Shown here: in pieces, positions 38,089 through 49,270 of the stretch | How the letters are laid out: every line of letters begins with the position of its first letter | Position numbering within the stretch: the first letter of the stretch is position 1 | NCBI GenBank assembly: GCA_026387175.1 | Contig: JAPLME010000004.1 | Coordinates: 447 to 64,446, forward strand | Direction of reading: 5' to 3' | Length of the DNA: 64,000 nt | DNA from: Candidatus Omnitrophota bacterium | Lineage (GTDB): Bacteria; Omnitrophota; Gorgyraeia; 2-01-FULL-45-10 | Notes under the pieces: model-generated | What the model was told of the DNA's origin: nothing | Databases searched by the model: none | The model's input: only the letters and a program-made list of their open reading frames with translations | Program-made: the position numbers and the translations under genes

Positions 38089-39978
38089 GTGTTCGAATCC
38101 ATAAAGATCTATCTAAACGAAGAGATAGACGTAGAGAAGATATCGACGAGGCTTGTCGAGTACGGCTATCACGCCCGAAAGAGGGTCGCCGAAGAGGGGG
38201 ATTACTCCCGGCTCGGGGACACCATCACAGTATATCCGCTTACATTCGAATACCCGCTCAGAATAGAGCTCCTGGATAATAAAGTCGAGAGAATAAGAAG
38301 CGTCGATCCTGTCACATACCAGAATGTCGACGAACACTCCGCCGCTATAATCCTTCCAATAAAGGGCATACAGAGAAAGAGGATCCGGCGCAAAGAGCCC
38401 TTGGCCGGGGAAGAGTCCCCGATAGATAATTTTGTCGATATAGAGCCGGGGGATTACGTCGTACATATCGACCACGGCATAGGAAAGTATCTCGGTATAG
38501 AGAAGCTGAAGATAGAGGGTAAATATGTTGAGCATCTAGCGCTGGAATACGCTGACGGCGAAAAGCTCTTCGTTCCTTTCGACGATGTCGGCAAGATACA
38601 TAAATACCTGGGATTCGAGAGAAGGCTGCCGAAACTGCACAAGATCGGGTCGAAACTGTGGAACGCCGCCAAGGAGAGGGTGAAGAGCGGCGTATCGAAG
38701 ATAGCGATCGATCTTCTGGACCTGCAGGCAAAACGCGCGGCCGCCGGAGGGTTCAAATTTTCGCCGGATACGGAGTGGCAGAAAGAGCTGGAAGGCAGTT
38801 TCCCGTATAAAGAGACAGCCGACCAGCTGCGCGCGACGGCCGAGGTAAAAAAGGATATGGAATCCCCGAAGCCGATGGACAGGCTCCTATGCGGCGATGT
38901 GGGTTACGGAAAGACCGAGGTCGCGCTCCGGGCGGCGTTTAAGGCCGTGATGGACAATAAGCAGGTGGCGATACTTGTGCCGACGACGATCCTCGCCGAG
39001 CAGCATTTCAATACATTCCGGAACAGGATGCGGGCCTTTCCCGTGGCCGTAGAGATGCTGTCGCGTTTCAGGACATCCAGGGAACAGGGAAGAATAGTCA
39101 AGGATGTGGCTGAAGGTAAAGTCGATATAATAATCGGCACGCACAGGCTTTTGTCGAGCGACATGGCTTTCAAAGACTTGGGCCTGGTAATAATAGACGA
39201 GGAGCAGAGGTTCGGCGTGCGGCATAAAGAGCGCCTGAAGAAACTCCGCGTCAATACGGACGTGCTCACATTGACAGCGACCCCGATCCCGCGAACGTTA
39301 TACTTTGCCCTCATGGGCGGCCGCGACATCTCCATTATAAATACTCCGCCGTCCGAGAGGCAGCCCGTAGAGACTAAAGTCGTTCATTACGATGAAGCGT
39401 TGATAAAAGACGCGATATTGGCCGAGAAGGCCAGGGGAGGCCAGGTATTCTTTGTCCATAACAGGGTCAAGGGCATCGAGCTTATAGCCGAGAAGATCTC
39501 AAGCCTTGTTCCCGGGATCAGGCTGGTCGTAGCTCACGGCCAGATGCCGGAGAGGATGCTCGAAGAAACGATGATCAATTTTATAAAGGGGAACATAGAC
39601 TGCCTAGTATCGACCACGATCATCGAATCCGGCATAGATATACCGAACGCCAACACTATTATCATAAACAGGGCCGATGCCTTCGGGCTATCCGAACTTT
39701 ATCAGCTCCGCGGAAGGGTAGGCAGGTTTACGCGCGCGGCGCATGCTTATCTTATGATACCGAAAAAATTTGTCTTGAGTGCGGAGTCCGAGAAGAGGCT
39801 CCAGGCGATAAAGAAATTTCAGGAGCTGGGCAGCGGGTTCAAGCTCGCGATGGAGGACCTGCAGATAAGGGGAGCGGGAAACCTCCTCGGCGTTGAACAG
39901 CATGGTTATATAAGCTCGGTCGGGTTCGACTTATATTGCCGTCTCCTGAAGTCCGCTGTGGACTCATATAAGAGCTGA
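38089..39978 (+). CDS. Compact Mfd-like transcription-repair coupling factor: RNAP-interacting (CarD/TRCF) domain plus SF2 translocase, lacking the UvrB-homology N-terminus and the C-terminal D7 domain
   Basis: CarD_TRCF segment GDYVVHIDHGIGKYLGIEKLKIEGKYVEHLALEYADGEKLFVPFD. Helicase motifs I (GDVGYGKTEVAL), II (DEEQRFG), III (TATPIPRT), VI (QLRGRVGR) and TRG region. Ends with GFDLYCRLLKSAVDSYKS, immediately after the translocase. The likely start is GTG 38089, 3 nt after the argS stop. Confidence 0.75.
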   Translation: MFESIKIYLNEEIDVEKISTRLVEYGYHARKRVAEEGDYSRLGDTITVYPLTFEYPLRIELLDNKVERIRSVDPVTYQNVDEHSAAIILPIKGIQRKRIRRKEPLAGEESPIDNFVDIEPGDYVVHIDHGIGKYLGIEKLKIEGKYVEHLALEYADGEKLFVPFDDVGKIHKYLGFERRLPKLHKIGSKLWNAAKERVKSGVSKIAIDLLDLQAKRAAAGGFKFSPDTEWQKELEGSFPYKETADQLRATAEVKKDMESPKPMDRLLCGDVGYGKTEVALRAAFKAVMDNKQVAILVPTTILAEQHFNTFRNRMRAFPVAVEMLSRFRTSREQGRIVKDVAEGKVDIIIGTHRLLSSDMAFKDLGLVIIDEEQRFGVRHKERLKKLRVNTDVLTLTATPIPRTLYFALMGGRDISIINTPPSERQPVETKVVHYDEALIKDAILAEKARGGQVFFVHNRVKGIELIAEKISSLVPGIRLVVAHGQMPERMLEETMINFIKGNIDCLVSTTIIESGIDIPNANTIIINRADAFGLSELYQLRGRVGRFTRAAHAYLMIPKKFVLSAESEKRLQAIKKFQELGSGFKLAMEDLQIRGAGNLLGVEQHGYISSVGFDLYCRLLKSAVDSYKS

Positions 39979-40030
39979 GGCAGTTCGAGATTGAATATGC
40001 TCGCTTTTAATGGTAATATATAATCCAATT

Positions 40031-40909
40031 ATGAATATACGGCATATTCTTATAGTAATATTAAGCGCCTCATTAACATTGGCCTTCGGCTGCGCGAAAG
40101 AGCCTTCCCCGGATGATAAGGTCCTTGTAAAGATCAGTAACAGCACCATCACTCTTAAGGATTTTAAGACAAGGATCGAGAAGCTTCCGCCTTACTACCG
40201 GAATATGGTCGAGAAGGACAGGAAGCGTTATCTGGAAGAGATGATCGCTGAAAAATTATTCTACGAGGAAGCCCTGCGAAGAGGGCTGAATAATGATAAA
40301 GAAGTCGCTGAGATAGTGATGGAGGCCAAGAGGAAGATCGTTATAGCGAAGCTTATCAAGAATGACGTGGAAGACAAGGTGAAAGTGAGCGAGGATGAGA
40401 TCGCTAGCTTTTACGCAGCGAACAAGGATAAGCTGAAGACGCCGGAAATGTGGCGCGCGTCGCAAATACTGGTGCCGACCGAACAGGAAGCGAAGGAAAT
40501 TCTGCAGAAATTAAATAGCGGCGGCAATTTTGAGGATATCGCCAGAGCTCAGTCAAAGGACGCTACCGCATCCAGGGGCGGCGATATCGGGTACTTCAGG
40601 GCCGGCCAGCTGGTGCCCGATTTCGAGAAAGCAGCCCTCAGCCTGGACGTGGGCCAGTTGAGCGACGTCGTGCACACAAAATTCGGCTACCATATAATAA
40701 AGCTCACCGATAATAAGGCCCCCGATATGCAGACTTATGAAAAAGCGAAGCCGCTGATAGAGAATGAGCTCAGGAAGAAGAAGAAGGCGGAACTCTTCTA
40801 CGAGCTTGTGATGGCATTAAAAAAGAAATATGGCGTAAATATAGATGAGAGCGCGTTCAGTTCCAAAGACCCATTAAAAAAAGAAGACAAACCGGACGGT
40901 GAGATATGA
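40031..40909 (+). CDS. SurA-like periplasmic chaperone / PpiC-type peptidyl-prolyl isomerase lipoprotein
   Basis: Lipobox LAFGC. Parvulin domain GGDIGYFRAGQLVPDFEKAA...FGYHIIKL. Synteny with pdxA-rsmA as in the surA operon. Confidence 0.8.
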   Translation: MNIRHILIVILSASLTLAFGCAKEPSPDDKVLVKISNSTITLKDFKTRIEKLPPYYRNMVEKDRKRYLEEMIAEKLFYEEALRRGLNNDKEVAEIVMEAKRKIVIAKLIKNDVEDKVKVSEDEIASFYAANKDKLKTPEMWRASQILVPTEQEAKEILQKLNSGGNFEDIARAQSKDATASRGGDIGYFRAGQLVPDFEKAALSLDVGQLSDVVHTKFGYHIIKLTDNKAPDMQTYEKAKPLIENELRKKKKAELFYELVMALKKKYGVNIDESAFSSKDPLKKEDKPDGEI

Positions 40910-41859
40910 AAAAAATACGCTTACTATTTTTAGCGCTTGTCTTCATGGCCTCGGCGTCGGCAGTTTTATACGCGGCGGTAGTGGATAAGATAGTGGTTGT
41001 GATCAATAACGAGGTCATTACTCAGGGCGAGATAGACAGGATACTCGCTCCCGCATATGAGCAATATAAGAGCATGCTTCCCGAGGATCAGCTTATTAAG
41101 AAGCTGGATGATGCCAGACAGGCCGTTATGGCCCAGTTGATAGAAGAGAAGCTCATCCTGAGTGAGGCGAAGAAGCAGAATATCGAAGTCGATGAGAAGG
41201 ATGTGGACGCGAAGGTCCAGGAGTCCAAAAAACGCTTTCCTTCGAACGAGTTGTTCGAGGAGGCGCTCGCCGCGCAGCATCTGACTCTGAAGGATTTGAG
41301 GGCTAAATTTAAAGAGCAGCTTATGACGAAGAAGCTGATAGATCAGAAAGTCGGCTCAAAAGTTTTCATAACTCCGAACGAGGTAATTGAATATTACGGG
41401 AAGCATGCAGAGGAATTTTCCAAACCGGAGGCGCTCCGGTTAAGCAACATACTGATAAAGCCTAAAGAGAATGTGAAGATTGAGAAGACGGTGGAGCTGG
41501 TCGCCGAGATAGGCAAGCGCCTTAAAGGGGGCAGCGATTTTGCCGAACTTGCGAAGATCTATTCCGAGGGCCCGGGCGCCAAAGAAGGCGGCGCTATGGG
41601 ATATGTGAGAAGAGGGGATCTCTTACCCGAGATAGAGAAAGTGGTATTCAGTATGAAGGAGGGAGAGATCTCCGACGTGATACGGACTAAGGTCGGATTT
41701 CATTTTATCAAGGTGGATGAGAAGAAGGCTCCCGAGAGCGTTAGCATGGCTGACGCGCGCCAATCTATCGAGCAGACGCTCTGGATGAGCAAGATGAGGG
41801 AAAAATCAAAGGGGTGGATCGAGGAACTGAGAAAGCATGCCTACATCGCGTTCAAGTAA
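40906..41859 (+). CDS. surA: Second SurA-like chaperone with a parvulin PPIase domain
   Basis: Signal peptide, SurA N-domain. Parvulin GGAMGYVRRGDLLPEIEKVVF...VGFHFIKV. Confidence 0.8.
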   Translation: MKKIRLLFLALVFMASASAVLYAAVVDKIVVVINNEVITQGEIDRILAPAYEQYKSMLPEDQLIKKLDDARQAVMAQLIEEKLILSEAKKQNIEVDEKDVDAKVQESKKRFPSNELFEEALAAQHLTLKDLRAKFKEQLMTKKLIDQKVGSKVFITPNEVIEYYGKHAEEFSKPEALRLSNILIKPKENVKIEKTVELVAEIGKRLKGGSDFAELAKIYSEGPGAKEGGAMGYVRRGDLLPEIEKVVFSMKEGEISDVIRTKVGFHFIKVDEKKAPESVSMADARQSIEQTLWMSKMREKSKGWIEELRKHAYIAFK

Positions 41860-42802
41860 GCAGCGAATTGTTATAACCATGGGGGATCCCTCCGGTATAG
41901 GTCCCGAAGTTACTTTAAAAGCTCTGGCAAGTCCTCAGATCAAGGGGCTTGCCGATTTTATTGTTGTGGGCAATCGGTTTACCATAGAGAAAACCTCGCG
42001 TGAGCTGGGGCTGAAATTTTCGGCGTCTCTAATGGATATAGATAATGTCCCGCAGGAAATATTCAGATATGGCAAATCTCATCCGGCTTTCGGCAAAGCG
42101 TCAATACAGTATATCGATAAAGCCCTGGATATTATAGATAGTGATGACGCGGATTCGCTCGTCACGGCTCCGATAAACAAGGCCTCCATAAACTCCGCGG
42201 GCTATAAGGGATTCGAAGGCCATACCGAATATCTGGCTAAAAAGACCCATGCGAGTAATTTCGCGATGATGTTCGTAGGCAAAGAGCTTAAGATAACGCT
42301 TGTAACGCGCCATATAGCGCTCAGGGACCTGCCGAAAAAACTCTCGGAGGCAAATATCCTTTCGGCAATAGAGCTCACAGATAGATATCTAAAAAAATTC
42401 TTCAGGATTTCGGCTCCCAGGATCGGCGTGGCGGGATTAAACCCGCATGCAGGCGAGGGCGGCATGTTCGGAGACGAAGAGGAGCTAGTCATAGCTCCAG
42501 CTATAAAGAAAGCGGCCAAACACGTTAAATGCCTCACCGGCCCGGTGAGCCCCGACGTCATATTCAATATGGCGCTTGACGGAAAATTCGACGCGGTGAT
42601 ATCCATGTATCACGACCAGGCGCTTATACCGTTCAAGCTCCTCTATTTTAATACGGGCGTGAATCTCACGCTCGGCCTTCCGTTTGTCCGCACCTCGCCG
42701 GATCACGGCACGGCATTCGATATAGCGGGAAAGGGAATTGCCGACCCGTCGTCGATGATCGAGGCCATAAAGCTCGCATGCCGTCTGTCCGGCAAAGCGT
42801 GA
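41837..42802 (+). CDS. pdxA: 4-hydroxythreonine-4-phosphate dehydrogenase PdxA
   Basis: RIVITMGDPSGIGPEV N-terminus, metal-binding His residues (HTEYL, NPHAGEGG). Confidence 0.9.
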   Translation: MPTSRSSKQRIVITMGDPSGIGPEVTLKALASPQIKGLADFIVVGNRFTIEKTSRELGLKFSASLMDIDNVPQEIFRYGKSHPAFGKASIQYIDKALDIIDSDDADSLVTAPINKASINSAGYKGFEGHTEYLAKKTHASNFAMMFVGKELKITLVTRHIALRDLPKKLSEANILSAIELTDRYLKKFFRISAPRIGVAGLNPHAGEGGMFGDEEELVIAPAIKKAAKHVKCLTGPVSPDVIFNMALDGKFDAVISMYHDQALIPFKLLYFNTGVNLTLGLPFVRTSPDHGTAFDIAGKGIADPSSMIEAIKLACRLSGKA

Positions 42803-42811
42803 CTTAAGGCC

Positions 42812-43645
42812 ATGCTCACCATCTCACAGCTTAAAGAGATCTTCGCAAAATACGATTTCCATCCGCTGAAACGCCTCGGCGAAAACTACCTGATCGATTC
42901 AAATATCAAAGATAAGATAATCGCCGAGAGCCGTCTCTTAAAAGAGGACATAGTCCTGGAGATAGGGCCCGGCCTGGGTGCCGTCACAATGGACCTGGCG
43001 AAATCCGGCGCCGGGGTCTTTGCCGTAGAAAAAGATAGGAAAGCGTTCGCGATCCTTGGCAAATTGTCCGCAGACATTCCAAATCTGAAACTCATCCAGG
43101 GCGACATACTGGAATTCGATATAAGAGACATAGGAGCTTCTAAAAGGATAAAGGTTATCGGAAATCTGCCTTATTATATAACGACGCCGATCATGGAATA
43201 TCTGATCAGGAATAAAGCAGACATAGAGTCGGCGATCGTCATGGTCCAGAGGGAATTCGCTAACCGGCTGCTTGCCTTGCCGGGGACAAAAGATTACAGC
43301 TCATTAAGCTGCTTCATTCAATACCATATGAAGCCGAGTTACATTTACACGGTCAAGAGGGCCTCTTTTTATCCCGAGCCCGATGTCGACACAGGCCTGA
43401 TAAGGCTGGATGTGCTGGAGACGCCTTCGGTCGATGTGAAGGATGAGGACCTCTTATTTAAGGTCATACGAAGCTCGTTTAACCAGCGGCGCAAGTCGAT
43501 AATAAACTCACTATCCCGCGAAGAGGCCCTCAATATGCCTAAGAAGGACCTTTCGGACATTTTGGCCGGCTTAAAGATAGATCCTTCCATTCGCCCTGAG
43601 ATGCTGAGCCTGTCCGAATTTGCGAAGATCGCCAACGCCCTTTAG
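42812..43645 (+). CDS. rsmA: 16S rRNA (adenine1518/1519-N6)-dimethyltransferase RsmA/KsgA
   Basis: SAM motif LEIGPGLGAVT. NLPY catalytic motif. surA-pdxA-ksgA operon order. Confidence 0.92.
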   Translation: MLTISQLKEIFAKYDFHPLKRLGENYLIDSNIKDKIIAESRLLKEDIVLEIGPGLGAVTMDLAKSGAGVFAVEKDRKAFAILGKLSADIPNLKLIQGDILEFDIRDIGASKRIKVIGNLPYYITTPIMEYLIRNKADIESAIVMVQREFANRLLALPGTKDYSSLSCFIQYHMKPSYIYTVKRASFYPEPDVDTGLIRLDVLETPSVDVKDEDLLFKVIRSSFNQRRKSIINSLSREEALNMPKKDLSDILAGLKIDPSIRPEMLSLSEFAKIANAL

Positions 43646-43730
43646 TACCGTATTAGACCCCCAGGGTCTAGGAGGTAGGCGAATTGACAAATAGCTACTC
43701 CTATGGTAACTTATACTGAAATAAGGATTT

Positions 43731-44030
43731 GTGATGAAAATAGATAAAGAGACTGTAAGGCGCGTCGCGGCTCTCTCGCGGCTGTCTTTAGCCGATGACG
43801 AGCTCCTGGCATACAGCTCCCAGCTGGCGACTATCATTGACTATATATCAAAATTAAATGAAATAGATACTAAGGATGTCCCTCCTACGAGCCATGCCTT
43901 GTCCACTCTCAAGAATGTATATCGCAAGGATCTGCTGAAACCCTCGTTAAAGACCGAAGAAGCGCTCGCGAACGCGCCTTCAAAAGACGGCGATTTTTTC
44001 AAAGTGCCTCAGGTGGTCGAGAACAAATGA
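43731..44030 (+). CDS. gatC: Glu/Asp-tRNA amidotransferase subunit C
   Basis: ~95 aa, [17 protein letters not shown]..., gatCAB order. Confidence 0.88.
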   Translation: MMKIDKETVRRVAALSRLSLADDELLAYSSQLATIIDYISKLNEIDTKDVPPTSHALSTLKNVYRKDLLKPSLKTEEALANAPSKDGDFFKVPQVVENK

Positions 44031-45451
44031 TGGAAAATCTACATCAATTAACCGGCCACGAAATCAGAAAACTGCGAAGCGCTCTTGAAGGCGCTAAGGT
44101 ATTGGATGCCATATATAAGCGCATTGAGGCTATCGACCCAAAGATCAAAGCGTTTGCTTTTGTGAATAAGAAGGCCGGCCAGCATAATGGCGGGGGTAAA
44201 TTGGCCGGCGTTCCGGTGCTGGTCAAAGATAACATCTGTGTGAAGGATGAGGCGACTACCTGTTCATCAAAGATATTGAAAGACTTCAAGCCGCCTTATG
44301 ACGCTACAGTAGTCAGGAAACTTAAGGAGGAGGGGGCCTTTCTAATCGGAAAAGCCAATATGGATGAGTTCGCGTTCGGGTCATCATGCGAGACGTCCTG
44401 TTACGGGCCTACGAGGAATCCATGGGATCTCGACAGGATCCCCGGCGGATCGTCCGGTGGTTCCGCCGCGGCGGTCGCCGGCGATGAGACTATAATGGCG
44501 CTCGGCTCGGATACGGGCGGATCTATAAGGCAGCCGGCCGCGCTCTGCGGAGTGGTGGGGTTGAAACCCACATACGGCAGGGTCTCAAGGTACGGGTTGA
44601 TCGCGTTCGCCTCAAGTCTCGACCAGATTGGGCCGATAACAAAGGACGTCGAGGATTCTGCGCTCCTCCTCAGCGTGATAGCCGGTTATGATGAGATGGA
44701 CTCGACATCTGTGGACATTCCGGTTCCTGATTACGCCAAGTCGCTCGTCAAGGATGTCAAGGGACTGCGCATAGGCGTTCCGAAAGAATATTTTGTTAAG
44801 GGGATAGACGAAGAGGTGGAGGCCGCTGCCAGACGTTCGATCGCTGTATTCAAAGATCTCGGCGCCTCTATAGTCGACATAAGCTTGCCTCACACAGAGT
44901 ACGCCGTGAGCGCATATTATATAATCGGCCCCGCGGAGGCGAGCTCGAACCTCGCGCGATTTGACGGCGCGCATTACGGCTACAGGGTGCCCGACGCTAA
45001 AGATATCATAGATATGTACACCCGGACCCGCTCGCAAGGGTTCGGCAATGAAGCGAAGCGCAGGATACTTCTCGGCACATATTGCCTTTCAGCCGGATAC
45101 TATGACGCGTATTACCTGAAGGCCCTGAAGGTTCGCACGAAGATAAAAGAGGATTTCGATAACGCTTTTCAGTCCTGCGATCTGATAGTCACGCCGACAT
45201 CTCCGACGCCCGCGTTCAAGATAGGGGAGAAGGCCAATGATCCGCTCGCTATGTACCTCTCGGACATATTTACGATACCGGCGAACCTTGCGGGGCTGCC
45301 GGGGATATCCATCCCATGCGGATTTTCTTCGCTCGGCCTTCCGATAGGGTTGCAGATAATGGCAAGGCCGTTCGCCGAGGAGACGATATTCAGGGCCGCT
45401 TACGCTTTTGAGCAGAGCACGGATTTCCATAAGAGAAAGCCGAAACTATGA
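44027..45451 (+). CDS. gatA: Glu/Asp-tRNA amidotransferase subunit A (amidase)
   Basis: Amidase signature [12 protein letters not shown] with the Ser-cisSer-Lys triad. Confidence 0.93.
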   Translation: MMENLHQLTGHEIRKLRSALEGAKVLDAIYKRIEAIDPKIKAFAFVNKKAGQHNGGGKLAGVPVLVKDNICVKDEATTCSSKILKDFKPPYDATVVRKLKEEGAFLIGKANMDEFAFGSSCETSCYGPTRNPWDLDRIPGGSSGGSAAAVAGDETIMALGSDTGGSIRQPAALCGVVGLKPTYGRVSRYGLIAFASSLDQIGPITKDVEDSALLLSVIAGYDEMDSTSVDIPVPDYAKSLVKDVKGLRIGVPKEYFVKGIDEEVEAAARRSIAVFKDLGASIVDISLPHTEYAVSAYYIIGPAEASSNLARFDGAHYGYRVPDAKDIIDMYTRTRSQGFGNEAKRRILLGTYCLSAGYYDAYYLKALKVRTKIKEDFDNAFQSCDLIVTPTSPTPAFKIGEKANDPLAMYLSDIFTIPANLAGLPGISIPCGFSSLGLPIGLQIMARPFAEETIFRAAYAFEQSTDFHKRKPKL

Positions 45452-46884
45452 CCTATGAAACCGTGATAGGGCTTGAGGTCCACCTGCAGCTCTCGACCGT
45501 GACGAAGGCCTTCTGCGGATGTTCGACAAAGTTTGGTCAGAAGCCGAACAGCCAGACATGCCCCGTATGCCTGGGGCTTCCGGGCAGCCTGCCCGTATTG
45601 AACGAGCAGGCGTTCCTTTATGCGATCAAAGTCGCCCTCGCGCTCAATTGCAAGATCCAGAACCTGATAAAGTTTGACAGGAAAAATTATTATTATCCGG
45701 ACCTTCCCAAGAACTACCAGATATCGCAATACGATATGCCCCTCTCATACGATGGTTTTGTCGATATTCCGGAGGCCGGCGCCAAGCTTCCGAAACGTAT
45801 CCGTATATTGCGCGTTCATCTCGAAGAGGACGCGGGAAAGCTCATCCATTCGGAAGGAGAAGGGTACAGTCTGGTGGACCTTAACAGGACGGGCCTGCCT
45901 CTACTCGAGATAGTAACCGAACCCGATATGAATTCGCCGCAGGAAGCATATGACTATCTGACAAAATTGAAATCCATTCTCGAGTATCTGAAGGTCTCGG
46001 ATTGCGATATGGAGAAGGGCTCTCTCAGATGCGACGCGAACATATCGATCCGCCCTAAAGGCGAGAGTAAGCTGGGCACCAAGGTCGAACTGAAAAATAT
46101 GAATTCATTTAAAGGCGTAAAGGCCTCCCTGGAATACGAAGTTAAACGCCAGACAGCCGCTGTTACGGATGGGGAGAAGATCATACAGGAGACGAGGCTG
46201 TGGGACGCGGATAAGCTGGTAACTATCTCAATGCGTAATAAAGAAGAGGCTACTGACTACAGATATTTCCCAGAGCCGGACCTCGTGCCTTTTATTGTGG
46301 ATAAATCGCTCATCCAGAAGATAAGGAGCGGCCTGCCGGAGCTTCCTGAAGCCAAGGTCAACAGGTTCATTAAAGATTTCGATCTGTCGGAATACGATTC
46401 TAATGTGCTCGCGAGCCAGTCGGAACTTGCGGAATATTTCGAGAAGTGCGCGAAGATTTATGGAAACAAGAAGGCCATAGCTAATTGGATAATGGGCGAC
46501 ATTATGGCCTATCTTAATACTAACGGTATCGCGCCGGCGGATCTGGGTGTATCTCCGGAAGGCCTTATAGCGCTCCTGAAGATGATAGATGAGGGCGCTG
46601 TAAGCGGTAAGATGGCAAAAGAGATATTGATCGAAGCCATTAAGACGAAGACCAGCCCCGCTGAGATAGTCGCCAAAAAAGGCCTGTCGCAAATAAGTGA
46701 TTCCGGCAAACTCGAAGAGGTAGTGGCGCTGACTATCTCCAGAAATGAGAAATCGGTGAATGATTATAAACTCGGGAAGAAGAACGCTCTCGGATATTTG
46801 GTGGGCCAGATAATGAAAGAGACCAAGGGCGCGGCCAATCCTGAAATGGTCAATCGGATATTGAAGAAGAAGCTGGGAGAATAA
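45448..46884 (+). CDS. gatB: Glu/Asp-tRNA amidotransferase subunit B
   Basis: [15 protein letters not shown] canonical start. GatB/YqeY C-terminal domain. Confidence 0.93.
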   Translation: MTYETVIGLEVHLQLSTVTKAFCGCSTKFGQKPNSQTCPVCLGLPGSLPVLNEQAFLYAIKVALALNCKIQNLIKFDRKNYYYPDLPKNYQISQYDMPLSYDGFVDIPEAGAKLPKRIRILRVHLEEDAGKLIHSEGEGYSLVDLNRTGLPLLEIVTEPDMNSPQEAYDYLTKLKSILEYLKVSDCDMEKGSLRCDANISIRPKGESKLGTKVELKNMNSFKGVKASLEYEVKRQTAAVTDGEKIIQETRLWDADKLVTISMRNKEEATDYRYFPEPDLVPFIVDKSLIQKIRSGLPELPEAKVNRFIKDFDLSEYDSNVLASQSELAEYFEKCAKIYGNKKAIANWIMGDIMAYLNTNGIAPADLGVSPEGLIALLKMIDEGAVSGKMAKEILIEAIKTKTSPAEIVAKKGLSQISDSGKLEEVVALTISRNEKSVNDYKLGKKNALGYLVGQIMKETKGAANPEMVNRILKKKLGE

Positions 46885-46889
46885 AGATA

Positions 46890-48167
46890 ATGAGAAGATG
46901 GCTGGGCGTTTTAGCTGTTCTTGCAGTATTTATTTTCGGCGTCGCGCTCGCCTCCGGTGTGGGTGAAAAAGCCGCTGAAAAGAGCAAATCTAAGGAAAAT
47001 CTGTACGACCAGCTCGAGCTCTTCGCGGACGCGGTGAGCATACTAAGAAACGAGTATGTGGACGAAGTCGATTCGAAGAAGCTCATATACGGCGCGATGC
47101 AGGGCATGCTCGGGTCCCTCGATGACTACAGCCAGTTCATGGATCCGGATGAATATAACGAGATAAAGATCGAGACAAAGGGCGAGTTCGGCGGCATTGG
47201 CATAGAGATAACCCTGAAGGACGGCGTACTTACGGTCATAACGCCGATGGTCGGCACTCCCGCGGACTTAGGCGGAGTGAAAGCCGGCGATAAGATCGTC
47301 AAGATAGACGGTAAGGTCACGAAGAACATAACTCTTAATGAGGCGGTGAAGCAGATGAGGGGTAAGCCCGGCAGTACCGTGACGCTGACGGTATGGCGCG
47401 AAGGTCTGCCCAATATCCTCGATATTCCGATAAAGCGGGACATGATAAAGGTTCACAGCATAAAGAGGGCCGATATGATCGAGGATAATATCGGGTACAT
47501 AAAATTAGTTGAGTTCCAGGAAAACACTCCCCGCGATCTGGATGACGCCCTGAAGAAGCTGAAGGCCGATGGTATGGATTCGCTGATACTCGATCTCAGA
47601 AACAACCCCGGTGGGCTCCTGGACGGCGCGGTAGACGTGTCGGAGAGATTTTTATCAAAAGATAAAGCCATAGTATCGATAAAATCCAGGACCCAGAGCC
47701 AGAATGCGTCGTTCAAGTCCAGCGGCAAGACCGCGCATACGGATTTCCCGCTCATAGTGATGGTGAACGAAGGTTCGGCAAGCGCCTCGGAGATAGTGGC
47801 CGGCGCCGTGAAGGACAATAAGCGCGGGATAGTCCTTGGCATGAAGACGTTCGGCAAGGCATCGGTCCAGACGGTCATACCGTTAAAAGACGGGTCCGCT
47901 CTCAGATTCACCACCGCGTATTATCTTACGCCGAGCGGTAAGCTGATAAAGAACGAAGGCATTATGCCCGATGTGACCGTCGAAAGAACGGACCATTCCC
48001 GCAAGAAGAAGGACCACAGCGCGGATATATTCGAAAACCTGGAAGAAGGGAAAGACCTGACGGGCGCGAAAGAGAAACCCGAACTCGAAAAAGATAATCA
48101 GCTGGATGCGGCTGTAAATTTAATGAAAGCCATAAAGATCTATAAACGGATGGAAGTTAATAAATGA
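46890..48167 (+). CDS. ctpA: Carboxy-terminal processing protease (S41 family, PDZ-containing)
   Basis: PDZ domain (GIGIEI...KAGDKIVKIDG). S41 catalytic Ser/Lys (GSASASEIVAGA, K in TFGK). Confidence 0.88.
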   Translation: MRRWLGVLAVLAVFIFGVALASGVGEKAAEKSKSKENLYDQLELFADAVSILRNEYVDEVDSKKLIYGAMQGMLGSLDDYSQFMDPDEYNEIKIETKGEFGGIGIEITLKDGVLTVITPMVGTPADLGGVKAGDKIVKIDGKVTKNITLNEAVKQMRGKPGSTVTLTVWREGLPNILDIPIKRDMIKVHSIKRADMIEDNIGYIKLVEFQENTPRDLDDALKKLKADGMDSLILDLRNNPGGLLDGAVDVSERFLSKDKAIVSIKSRTQSQNASFKSSGKTAHTDFPLIVMVNEGSASASEIVAGAVKDNKRGIVLGMKTFGKASVQTVIPLKDGSALRFTTAYYLTPSGKLIKNEGIMPDVTVERTDHSRKKKDHSADIFENLEEGKDLTGAKEKPELEKDNQLDAAVNLMKAIKIYKRMEVNK

Positions 48168-49270
48168 AATCAAAATCTGTAACTATTTTATTCCTGGCGG
48201 TTATTCTGGTCACGGGGTTCTTCTATTGGCGGGCCAATTACGGCAAGGTCGATAAGTCCGCCGCGCTTAAAAAAGTCCTCTCGCCGGTATTTTTAAAGTT
48301 CGGCCTTACCGATGACAAGCTTGTCAAGAAGGCCGTGGAAGAGAATAAGCTGGGTGGGGCCAGGTATATAAGCACATACATAGAATATGAGGTGCCGAAG
48401 TCATTCGCGTGGAGAAACTTTGACCCGGCTTTAAGGGCGGCGCTGAAGCGTACGGGATTTATTGTCTTCGATGTCGAACAGACGTTTGAGAAGGATAAGG
48501 AATGTTACGCGGTCATTATAAATTACGGAAAGTTCGATGTGCTCACATTGAAGATAAACCGCAGAGGAAGGCCCGTAGCTATTCCGGTGACCGAGAAAGT
48601 ATATGCTAAACCAAAGGTCGCGATAGTGGTGGATGACTTTGGTTACAGCAAGAACAACCTGGACGCGTTTTTAGGATTGAAGCAGCCCATCACATTATCG
48701 ATCCTTCCGGAACAGCGTTATACCCGTGAGGTCGCGCTACAGGCCAGGGCCCACGGATTCGAGACGATACTTCACCTTCCCCTCGAACCCGGTAGGGATG
48801 ATGTGGGGCAGGAGGTCGATACTATAAAGACCAACATGGGCGAAAAAGAGATAGCGTTAATACTTAAAAAAGAGATAGCTCTGGTGCCGGGGATAGACGG
48901 GGTGTCCAATCATATGGGATCGAAGGCCACCGCGGACAGGGCGACGATGACCTCGATAATAAAACATCTGAAATCCGAAAGCCTGTACTATTTCGACAGC
49001 CTTACCTCGAGCAAATCTGTTTGCGTCGATGTGGCAAGATCGCTTGGCGTCAAATGCGCGAAGCGCGACCTATTTTTAGATAACTCAAACAATACCGCCG
49101 CGATCGAAAAACAATTAGCGGATCTCGAGGCTCTGGCGTTTAAACGCGGCGAAGCGATCGCCATATGTCATGATCGTAAGAATACCGCCGCGGTATTGAT
49201 TAAAGAGCTGCCCAGGATGGCCAAGGACGGGATCGAGTTCGTGCGGCTTTCCGAGCTGGTGAAGAAATGA
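48164..49270 (+). CDS. Divergent polysaccharide deacetylase (YibQ-like)
   Basis: KVAIVVDDFGYS...LSILP and HLPLEP motifs of the divergent polysaccharide deacetylase family. N-terminal TM anchor. Confidence 0.7.
   Translation: MKSKSVTILFLAVILVTGFFYWRANYGKVDKSAALKKVLSPVFLKFGLTDDKLVKKAVEENKLGGARYISTYIEYEVPKSFAWRNFDPALRAALKRTGFIVFDVEQTFEKDKECYAVIINYGKFDVLTLKINRRGRPVAIPVTEKVYAKPKVAIVVDDFGYSKNNLDAFLGLKQPITLSILPEQRYTREVALQARAHGFETILHLPLEPGRDDVGQEVDTIKTNMGEKEIALILKKEIALVPGIDGVSNHMGSKATADRATMTSIIKHLKSESLYYFDSLTSSKSVCVDVARSLGVKCAKRDLFLDNSNNTAAIEKQLADLEALAFKRGEAIAICHDRKNTAAVLIKELPRMAKDGIEFVRLSELVKK

Noticed and set aside
43684-43717. Possible promoter ttgaca ... tatact upstream of gatC
   Set aside because: The spacing between the -35 and the best -10 candidate is 22 nt, too long for a functional sigma70 promoter. 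No better -10 exists at 16-18 nt.
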